Positions 56,589 to 64,000 of a stretch of DNA of 64,000 nt are shown here, piece after piece. The position numbers and the translations under genes were made by a program. The notes beneath the pieces are model-generated. The model was not told the DNA's origin, ran no database searches, and saw only the letters and a program-made list of their open reading frames with translations. The stretch is from a virus (Duplodnaviria; Caudoviricetes), in the IMG/VR virus record IMGVR_UViG_3300033145_002422; one strand, given 5' to 3'. Numbering within the stretch: the stretch's first letter is position 1; every line of letters starts with the position of its first letter.

Positions 56589-57289
56589 ATTGGTATATAA
56601 AATTATGTTCAAAAAATATTTTTGTATCACAAGATATAAAGATGCAGATTGAAGAAATTTCTTCTGAAATATTTTATAAATTAAATCAATTTAATTTGTC
56701 AAAAAAAGAATCAGAGTTTGTTAAGACAATACAGGTTGGATTGTTGTCTATTAATATTTTTATGGCTAAATCAAACCAGCAATCGACAAGTTCTTTAGCT
56801 AGTACTGGAATAAATAATAAAGAAGAATATTTTATAAATGTATATGTGACTAATTTAAGATGGATGGCAGAGTTTGATAAAGACGATTCATATTATCGTC
56901 GTATTTTATATGATGCTATATTACATGAAGTAGTTCATAATATAGATCCAAAACTTACAACAAGAGAGAATGAATTTAGATACAAGGAAAAACACGAAGA
57001 AATTGAAAGATTGGAATATGAAAATGATAAAAACTGGAAAAATGAATATTTTAATTCACAACCTGAATTTGATGCATTCAGTGCTCAAATCTCAGATAAT
57101 ATTCTTAGTTTTCTTATCTCTAATCCATTAAAAAAGGATTTTGTTTTAGACATATTAAGATCGAATGATATAAGGAAAATAACTGAAATAATAGGAACTA
57201 TTAATGCTGGTTTTATAGTTAATATCGACGAGGGAAATAAACGAAGACTAAAACAAAGAATATATAATGACATTAAGCATTTATTATAG
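56585..57289 (+). CDS. Putative zinc metallopeptidase-like protein
   Basis: HEVVH plus downstream Y.N...EFDAF; MNWY start. Confidence 0.6.
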   Translation: MNWYIKLCSKNIFVSQDIKMQIEEISSEIFYKLNQFNLSKKESEFVKTIQVGLLSINIFMAKSNQQSTSSLASTGINNKEEYFINVYVTNLRWMAEFDKDDSYYRRILYDAILHEVVHNIDPKLTTRENEFRYKEKHEEIERLEYENDKNWKNEYFNSQPEFDAFSAQISDNILSFLISNPLKKDFVLDILRSNDIRKITEIIGTINAGFIVNIDEGNKRRLKQRIYNDIKHLL

Positions 57290-57354
57290 AGAAGGAAATT
57301 GAAAAGTATTGTATAATATAGTAATTGTGTAGTTTAGTTTCTAAAGGGGATAAT

Positions 57355-58836
57355 ATGAGAATTATAGAGTCTGCTAAAAATAAACAGAAACCTAAGAAAA
57401 AAGAATCTTACTGTGGCTGCAATGCTAAAACTGCTCAATATAATCCTGAAGGTGGTGGATATGGAGATTCTGGAAATTATGATAGGGGCAGGGCTTTAAC
57501 AGATGATTTAACAAAAATGGATTATGAAACAGAAGATAATGCCATGGAACCAGAATTTGGAATGGGCATAGATTTAGTTGGTATCTATACAAAAGAAAAC
57601 TATCTTGCTTATGTTGTTACTTTAGAAGAGTATAAGAAAGCAGGAAGTTCTTTTTGGATTGATTATTTAGGAGAAGAGTACGATCCTTCTTCTATGAAAA
57701 TAGTTTTTCTTAAAGATGTATCAGAAGACGATGCTCCTAATTTATTAACTCAGGGAACTAGTAAGCAAATATTCAGAGATGGGTATGAAGCTGCTCAAGT
57801 TGCTGCTCCATATATTGAACAAAGTCTGTTAGAAGCATCTAAAAAATTATATTTTAATTTAACAAAAATGGCTAAAAATGAATCAATATGTAATATAGAT
57901 GATTGTGAGTTGAATCATTGTAAAATTTGCGGAAAACATATTCCTTATGGGCATAACTATTGTAGGGATTGTACGGAACTTGAGGAAGAAAATGAGGATA
58001 GAAAAAGTTCTTCCTATTTCGATTTAACAAAGATAGCTGATGAAGATGCAGATGCAGATGCAGTAAAAGTGCCAAAACCAGCGGATTACCGTCGAGGTAA
58101 AGGTTATGGTTTCGGAGGCGCACCACGAGATCTCAATAAGCCACAGCATGTTAGGTCAAAATTGCCACCAAAGAATCCTTCGAATAAAGGCGTTGGTCTT
58201 GGTGGTGCGCCACGTCCCTCTGAAGATGCAGATAAGAATAAGAATAAGAATAAGAATAAGAAAAAATTACCTCCATGGTTGAAATATAAAAAGAAATCTT
58301 CTTATTATTTTGATATTACTAAAACATCTCAATATGATGACGATTTTGGAGGAGATGATTATCAAGAACAAGAACCTTATGAAAATGATTTGCAAGATTT
58401 TAGCGATCAAGAAGCTTGGGAAGATTCTCAAGCTGACATGAGAGATTTGCAGGGAGATAACGATACTGATCACGAAAATGAAGATTCTTCTTATACTATA
58501 GAACCAGATAGGGATGGAGAAGGTTTTGTAGTCAAGAAACACGATATATATCCCCAAGGTTCTGTGTTAGAAGGGAGAGGAAGAGATTCTAGTATAGATT
58601 TTGGAGATACAATAGAGGAATTAATTGACAAATATCCAGACGCAGAAATTTTAGATAATCCATCTATAAATAGAACTACTTATGAAGATGCAATGAGAAT
58701 GCCAAAAACAGAAGGCTTTGATGAGGCAGATGCTGGTGAAAGATGGGAACAGGAAGAAGAGCCAAGAAGCGATTATGAAAATGATACTCCATTAGGACAG
58801 GAATACGGCGATGGATTTGAAAGCGATTTAGATTAA
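57355..58836 (+). CDS. Acidic modular protein, putative internal head polyprotein
   Basis: Start moved to 57355; repeated YF[ND][LI]TKx[AS] boundaries. Confidence 0.65.
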   Translation: MRIIESAKNKQKPKKKESYCGCNAKTAQYNPEGGGYGDSGNYDRGRALTDDLTKMDYETEDNAMEPEFGMGIDLVGIYTKENYLAYVVTLEEYKKAGSSFWIDYLGEEYDPSSMKIVFLKDVSEDDAPNLLTQGTSKQIFRDGYEAAQVAAPYIEQSLLEASKKLYFNLTKMAKNESICNIDDCELNHCKICGKHIPYGHNYCRDCTELEEENEDRKSSSYFDLTKIADEDADADAVKVPKPADYRRGKGYGFGGAPRDLNKPQHVRSKLPPKNPSNKGVGLGGAPRPSEDADKNKNKNKNKKKLPPWLKYKKKSSYYFDITKTSQYDDDFGGDDYQEQEPYENDLQDFSDQEAWEDSQADMRDLQGDNDTDHENEDSSYTIEPDRDGEGFVVKKHDIYPQGSVLEGRGRDSSIDFGDTIEELIDKYPDAEILDNPSINRTTYEDAMRMPKTEGFDEADAGERWEQEEEPRSDYENDTPLGQEYGDGFESDLD

Positions 58837-58857
58837 TACTAATTATTAATTATTGAC

Positions 58858-58891
58858 TGAGCCTTGAGAATAATATCTTAAGGCTCAATTT
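58858..58891 (+). terminator. Intrinsic terminator-like hairpin
   Basis: tgagccttgaga-ataata-tcttaaggctca. Confidence 0.65.
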
Positions 58892-58912
58892 ATGTATTAA
58901 TTCTTCCGATAA
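58885..58912 (+). promoter_or_regulatory. Sigma-28-like promoter (TCAA-N16-TCCGATAA)
   Basis: Close to the TAAA-N15-GCCGATAA consensus; ATG 8 nt downstream with no SD. Confidence 0.5.
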
Positions 58913-58920
58913 TATATTAT

Positions 58921-60315
58921 ATGAGTAAGGTTAAATTCATCAATAGAAGTGGAAATACTATTTGTATCCCTTCTCTGAATAAGAATATACCCTACATAGA
59001 AGATGGAATTCAAGAGATAGATTTGGATGATATGAAGAAAGCGAAAGGTTTTTCTAAACTTCTTCAATTTGGGAAGTTTGAAATAGTTGAATGTGGAAAT
59101 TCTCTTTTTGAAAGGAATTTGTTAAAAATGCAAAAAAAATCTGTTATAAAAGAAAATAAAGTAGATATAGACATAGAAAAATCTGAGCAAATAGAAGTAA
59201 AAATAAGAGGAAGTTTTTATGAAGCTGGTGGCTATGCCAAAGTCAACAGAAATTTAGCATTTGGATTAAGTGCTAGTAACGTTAAGGTTCAAGCCGAATC
59301 GGTTAATAAGATGAAGTACGGTTTGAACGAACAGGAGGCGATGCTATTATCTAAAATGCAATCTCCAGTTAGTAAAGATGCTATTGTTATTGATAGTATG
59401 ATTCCGTCAATGACAGAAATGTGTTCTGGTAAATATAAGATTTTATATACAACAATAGAAGCTTCTTCGATGCCTAAACAATTTGAAGAAATTATGAATA
59501 TGTATAATGAGATATGGGTTACTTCTGATTTTTGTAAAGAAGTTATTTCTAAATATAAAGTGAATCCTCCAATTTATGTTATACCAGCATCAATTAATAT
59601 TAATTTATATAATGAAAATTGTAAGCCTTATGAATTTGATCCGCCGTTAAAAGATTTTGTTTTTATTAGCGTATTTAGTTGGGGATACAGAAAAGGACAT
59701 GATATTTTATTGAGAGCATATTTAGAAGAATTTTCTGGAAATGAAAATGTTTCTTTATTATTAAGAGCCGGACTCCCTTATGATACTGGAAGAAATAATC
59801 CAATTAAAGATGCTGTTGAAAAATATATAAAGAATTATGGTGGAGAAGACCCTGCTCATATAGCAAGGTGCTCAAGATCTTTTACTGATTCTGAAATGCC
59901 ATCTATATATAAGGCGTGTGATGCATATGTTTTATTCACTCGTGGCGAAGGTTTCGGGTTGCCATTTTGTGAATCATCATTATGTGGATTACCTGTAATT
60001 TCTACAAATCATAGCGGTCATACAATGTTTATGAAAAAGGATAATTCTTATTTAATAGAAATAGATGAGATTGCTGAGATACCAGAGGGATTGATGGATA
60101 TACATTATTGGGATAATCAAATGTTTCCGTTGTTAAAATCCGATAAAGTTATTAAAGATGCTAGAGAAGCTATGAGGTATGTTTATAATAATTATAATAA
60201 AGCAAAGAAAAAAAATAACAAGTTAAAGAGATTTGTTGCCAAAAATTATAATATGGGTACTATTTCTAGATTAGCAGGAAATAGATTAATAGATATATGG
60301 AGGTCAATATCATGA
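58921..60315 (+). CDS. GT4-family glycosyltransferase
   Basis: GGYAKVNR, EIWVTSDF, RKGHDILL.AY and RGEGFGLP..E motifs. Confidence 0.85.
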   Translation: MSKVKFINRSGNTICIPSLNKNIPYIEDGIQEIDLDDMKKAKGFSKLLQFGKFEIVECGNSLFERNLLKMQKKSVIKENKVDIDIEKSEQIEVKIRGSFYEAGGYAKVNRNLAFGLSASNVKVQAESVNKMKYGLNEQEAMLLSKMQSPVSKDAIVIDSMIPSMTEMCSGKYKILYTTIEASSMPKQFEEIMNMYNEIWVTSDFCKEVISKYKVNPPIYVIPASININLYNENCKPYEFDPPLKDFVFISVFSWGYRKGHDILLRAYLEEFSGNENVSLLLRAGLPYDTGRNNPIKDAVEKYIKNYGGEDPAHIARCSRSFTDSEMPSIYKACDAYVLFTRGEGFGLPFCESSLCGLPVISTNHSGHTMFMKKDNSYLIEIDEIAEIPEGLMDIHYWDNQMFPLLKSDKVIKDAREAMRYVYNNYNKAKKKNNKLKRFVAKNYNMGTISRLAGNRLIDIWRSIS

Positions 60316-60965
60316 TAGTCTTTATAAATCAAAAAACAAAGAAGATAGAATTATATGATAAAAATGGTATTGTTTTTATATTATTTAATGAATCTTGGAA
60401 GTTAAAGAATTATGTAAAAGAAGGAAAGGTTTTATATATAACAAATGTTATTGAAACGACTATTGATAAGGTTGCAGAAACTTTAAACGTTATGAAAGGT
60501 TTTAAGAAAGATGCTAAAGGTAAACGGATACATAACGAGAAAGAACCATTATATATTCATATTATAGGAAGGGAATATTTGAATATGGCTTCTATAAAAA
60601 TTATGTTTAAAGGAGCAACAGATTTTTATTCTGTATCTCATATTAAAAAAGATTTTGGAAATGATATTTTTGAAAAAGATAGTACTTTAAGAGCTTATAT
60701 AGAAAATGGAAAATTAGAAATAATTACATCTTCTGAAATGAATCAATTTTTATCAGAATATAAAGATATTAGGGCAGAAAAGATTGAGAAGCAATTATCT
60801 TCTATAATATTAAGCGATAAAGTTGATAAGTTTATGGATGGCGGTCCTGGTGATGAAGATTCTCCAGATAGAGAAGGTGCTGTTATCATCGATTTAGCAG
60901 GTAGGACTATTGGCGGTGGTGGGAGTACTGAGAACGAGGGTAGCTTATTGCCAGAGGATTTTTAA
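60312..60965 (+). CDS. Hypothetical protein
   Basis: GGAGG SD before ATG 60312; ATGA overlap. Confidence 0.6.
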   Translation: MIVFINQKTKKIELYDKNGIVFILFNESWKLKNYVKEGKVLYITNVIETTIDKVAETLNVMKGFKKDAKGKRIHNEKEPLYIHIIGREYLNMASIKIMFKGATDFYSVSHIKKDFGNDIFEKDSTLRAYIENGKLEIITSSEMNQFLSEYKDIRAEKIEKQLSSIILSDKVDKFMDGGPGDEDSPDREGAVIIDLAGRTIGGGGSTENEGSLLPEDF

Positions 60966-60967
60966 TT

Positions 60968-61702
60968 ATGAAATTATTATTAATACATACAGGTGATGCT
61001 TGTGAATGTTTTATTTCTTCTAGCATTTTTAGAGGATTAAATGATGAAGAAAAATATCCAGAGGTTTATGTCATAGCTGGAGATCAATATTGTTTATCTA
61101 TTTTTGAACATAATAAACATGTGAAGAAAGTATATCAGATGGATAATTTACCAAATGAGATTTTTAAGACAGTATTTGATAAACTGATTGTTCTCCATCC
61201 AGATGCTGATAAATCTTTGATAGATAGTATACAATCTCATGATAAATTAGGTTTTCACTGTTCAGAAGATAGTGATTATTTTTTTGATATACTATATGGA
61301 AGGAAGAAGTCAAAAATGAATATGTTTCAAGTTTATTTTAAAATGGCAGGAATGAAATGGCATGGACAGAGATACGATTTTAATTATTTTCCAAAATCAA
61401 AATCGAAAGATAATAGAACTGGATTAGCTGTAGCCAATGCTAATTTAAGAAACTATATTATTGATAAATTGAAACTTGATGAATCCAGACTTTGGACGAT
61501 ACCTTATAAGAAGAATATTTTTAGAAAGATGGATGAGATTAATAAATGTAAAAGAATTATAACAGATGATTTTTTTACTATGAATATAGCTGTTTATTTA
61601 AAGAAATCAATTTATTTTTTGAAAACCATTCCTCATATGACTAGAATAGAGATGTTTGGAAATGGCTATATATATAATGTTCCTACTAATATAATCAAAT
61701 AA
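60968..61702 (+). CDS. GT9/heptosyltransferase-like protein (divergent)
   Basis: LLIHTGD, IFEHNKHV, FDKLI.L and INKC..IITDD...NIA..LKK patterns. Confidence 0.55.
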   Translation: MKLLLIHTGDACECFISSSIFRGLNDEEKYPEVYVIAGDQYCLSIFEHNKHVKKVYQMDNLPNEIFKTVFDKLIVLHPDADKSLIDSIQSHDKLGFHCSEDSDYFFDILYGRKKSKMNMFQVYFKMAGMKWHGQRYDFNYFPKSKSKDNRTGLAVANANLRNYIIDKLKLDESRLWTIPYKKNIFRKMDEINKCKRIITDDFFTMNIAVYLKKSIYFLKTIPHMTRIEMFGNGYIYNVPTNIIK

Positions 61703-61717
61703 AAGAAAGAATTAACT

Positions 61718-62518
61718 ATGCTAACCTTGAAAAGACTAAATCCAAAAATTATAAGCAACATACCTAATCCTCCATTTAAATATGGCATAGATGGAATAAC
61801 ATCTTTGTATAACAATAGTGGAGAAGGTTCAAAGATATGTATTATTGGTACTGGAGTTCCTATACATTCAGATTTAAAAAATATAGTTAATATGGAAATA
61901 TTTGATGAATTTGCAAAAAATCCAGATGATAAGTTTGGATATTCCACTATGATTGGTGGTATTCTGTCTGCAAATAAAAAGAGTTCTTTAATTGGTTTTG
62001 TTCCAAGAGCTTCTTTATATTTTGTAAAAGCGTTTAATGATTCTGGAGTTGCAACACAACAGTCTTTGATATCTTCTGTATTATGGTCAATGATTAAAGG
62101 TGTTGATTTGATTATTATTTGCGGAGAAAAAGGATTGATTTCTCAACCTTTATCGGAAGCTATGAAAAAGGTTTCTGCTGCTGGTATTCCTATATTAATG
62201 TCTTCTGGTAAATATAATAACAAGAAAGAATCAGATATATATAATTCTTGTGGAGTTTTTTGTATTTCTCATGTAACAACTGCGAAAAATAAAATAGAAT
62301 TTAAAAAGAAAGATGAAACGTTTGTTGTTACTGTCCCTAAAGGAAATTATTATACTACTTATGCTGAAGATAAATATGCAAAACCTAATCCTACTGTTTA
62401 TTCTTTAGGAGTTATCGGAAGTTTGTTTTCTTTAATTATAGCTGATAACAAACGCAAAAATAATAAGTTTACATCAAAAAGCCTGTATAGGCAGATGTTT
62501 TCGCTTATAGGAAATTAG
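61718..62518 (+). CDS. Subtilisin (S8)-like protein with substituted catalytic residues
   Basis: G.GSKICIIGTGV (D to G), D.FGYST (HGT lost), G.VP.ASLY.VKAF; no GTS motif. Confidence 0.7.
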   Translation: MLTLKRLNPKIISNIPNPPFKYGIDGITSLYNNSGEGSKICIIGTGVPIHSDLKNIVNMEIFDEFAKNPDDKFGYSTMIGGILSANKKSSLIGFVPRASLYFVKAFNDSGVATQQSLISSVLWSMIKGVDLIIICGEKGLISQPLSEAMKKVSAAGIPILMSSGKYNNKKESDIYNSCGVFCISHVTTAKNKIEFKKKDETFVVTVPKGNYYTTYAEDKYAKPNPTVYSLGVIGSLFSLIIADNKRKNNKFTSKSLYRQMFSLIGN

Positions 62519-62546
62519 AGGTTTTATTTAATTTTTATTTAATAAT
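62517..62546 (+). promoter_or_regulatory. Putative phage late promoter
   Basis: AGAGG-N17-TTAATAA upstream of the tail-fibre operon. Confidence 0.45.
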
Positions 62547-62560
62547 ATAAGGAGAGTTAA

Positions 62561-62749
62561 ATGGCAGAAATTACAAAGGAACAAGAATTAAAATTGGAGA
62601 TATACGACATATTGGAAAGAGAAGCCATTTTGCAAATGCAGTTGAAGAATTTGAGTGAATGCAAGCAAAAAAAGATGGAAGAATTGGGTAATTTTAGAAG
62701 GTCAGAGATTCAAAATAATGCACAGTCTTCAGTGCCGAAAGAAGAATAG
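62561..62749 (+). CDS. Small coiled-coil protein
   Basis: AAGGAG SD. Confidence 0.6.
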   Translation: MAEITKEQELKLEIYDILEREAILQMQLKNLSECKQKKMEELGNFRRSEIQNNAQSSVPKEE

Positions 62750-62810
62750 TTTTGATACAGAGAGTGGGACTAATAGGGAAAATAATTTATAACTCTCATA
62801 GGAAAAATTA

Positions 62811-64000
62811 ATGGTTGATAGGAGTAGAATACCAAATATATCATATGGTTCAGTATCTTCAAGTGGTCCTGTAATTTCAGAATCTACTGATTTTCCTACA
62901 TCAATATATTATTTTAGAGGCGATCAAGTATGGAAAATACTTCAGTTTTCTGCTATTACTGATATATTGTTTGAAGGGTTGTCGAATGAAGATATATTGC
63001 TTTATAATTCAACGACTAATAAATGGGAGAATCAGCCTTTATCTGAAGCAGATATGAAAGTAGCTGTTGATTCTTCTGCTACTTCCGATTATCTTGGAAC
63101 AACTTCTGCGGAAGGAGTTTTTAGAGTAGATGGAACAATGACATATTTAGATGGTGGTAACTTTATAACTATTGGTGTAGATACAAGTGTTGTTGTTGAT
63201 AATAAAGTCGCAATTGATGCAGTAGCTACTGCTGGTTATTTAGGAGCAGTTTTTAATGATGGTGTTCTTAGGACAAACAACACGATTACCTATACTGATG
63301 GTGGAGATTTTATAACTTTATCAGTTCCAGGTGATAATGTAGATCATGGATTATTAGCTGGTCTTGGAGACGATGATCATCCTCGTTATGTCGATATTGA
63401 TGGCACAAGAGATTTAACTGGTGATTGGACAATTTCAACAAATGATATACAGCTTACAGCAGGACAAGTACGGTTCCGTGATGCGACAATTTATATAGAA
63501 TCCGCAGATGCTGGGCATCTTGATTTAATTGCTGGTACGTCGGTAGATGTTAATACTAATACAATTAATTTCGGAACAAATGTTGATACGGATGTAACGT
63601 TGAATTTTCTTGGGGATACAAATGACGGAGTTATTTATTGGCGAGAAGATGATAACGAATTTGAGATTGGTGACGATATATTAATGACTACAAGTAACCA
63701 AATTACTTTTAGAGATGCGGCTATTTATATTCGATCTGCGAATGTTGGACATTTGGATATTAATGCTAACACTATTGTAGATATTAATTCAGATCTTCAT
63801 GTTACTGGCGATATTGATTTGACTATTGCTTCTTATATTCAGTTTAGGGATGCTGCTATTTTTATCAATTCAAATGATGATGGGCATTTGGATTTAACTG
63901 CTGATGTTTCAATAGATTTAAATGCACCAGTAGAAATAGATGGAATTTTGTTTGATTATGATGCTGTAAATACATGGATGGCTATAGATTCTAATATTTA
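62811..64000 (+). CDS. Tail fibre-like protein, 3'-truncated by the window edge (missing from the ORF track)
   Basis: Translated by hand and open to the end: LLYNSTTNKWEN, DHGLLAGLGDDDHPRY, three FRDAxI[YF]IxSxxxGHLD repeats. Confidence 0.75.
   Translation, partial: MVDRSRIPNISYGSVSSSGPVISESTDFPTSIYYFRGDQVWKILQFSAITDILFEGLSNEDILLYNSTTNKWENQPLSEADMKVAVDSSATSDYLGTTSAEGVFRVDGTMTYLDGGNFITIGVDTSVVVDNKVAIDAVATAGYLGAVFNDGVLRTNNTITYTDGGDFITLSVPGDNVDHGLLAGLGDDDHPRYVDIDGTRDLTGDWTISTNDIQLTAGQVRFRDATIYIESADAGHLDLIAGTSVDVNTNTINFGTNVDTDVTLNFLGDTNDGVIYWREDDNEFEIGDDILMTTSNQITFRDAAIYIRSANVGHLDINANTIVDINSDLHVTGDIDLTIASYIQFRDAAIFINSNDDGHLDLTADVSIDLNAPVEIDGILFDYDAVNTWMAIDSNI

Noticed and set aside
5240-61947. 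Short minus-strand and alternate-frame ORFs in the track (e.g. 9405, 13801, 36730, 48792, 50926, 52656)
   Set aside because: They are shadows of longer genes with recognisable motifs and have no domains of their own
61718-62518. Active subtilisin or head maturation protease
   Set aside because: The catalytic Asp, His and Ser motifs are all substituted
1-64000. Stop-codon reassignment, as in some jumbo phages
   Set aside because: Long genes are intact under the standard code, and TAA, TAG and TGA all end genes
1-64000. CRISPR array, tRNA or rRNA genes
   Set aside because: No repeat-spacer periodicity or cloverleaf was seen by eye and intergenic gaps are short; tRNAscan was not run

Overview
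This AT-rich window (standard genetic code, almost all genes on the + strand) is part of a large tailed-phage genome, probably a jumbo phage. The left part carries glycan-modifying genes, a HARP-SNF2 helicase, a T4-type lysozyme, a FliA/WhiG-like sigma factor, an AAA+ ATPase, a class II ribonucleotide reductase and a dUTPase. The head module follows: terminase large subunit, many putative head or internal proteins, portal, a 2328-aa prohead protease-scaffold, a decoration protein and the major capsid protein. The right end has glycosyltransferases, a catalytically dead subtilase and a truncated tail-fibre gene. The window has six inteins and several free-standing endonuclease genes. The main observations are: (1) an AAA+ ATPase gene split inside its Walker A motif by an atypically split intein (24-aa N-part, 125-aa C-part) with an endonuclease gene between the halves; (2) a recurring short K-x-[A/S]-Q peptide signal on many unrelated proteins, possibly a head-packaging or cleavage tag, which co-occurs with (3) a recurring RRAGG-N15-18-[CGA/NTA] promoter-like motif partly resembling sigma-28 promoters; (4) an Ala1/Cys+1 intein next to the protease catalytic serine; (5) a perfect 107-bp direct repeat around an HNH cassette; (6) a probable -1 frameshift at an A10 run; (7) a nested scaffold start with its own promoter-like motif. 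All family calls come from reading motifs by eye; no searches were run. A Planctomycetota/PVC host is an inference from gene content.
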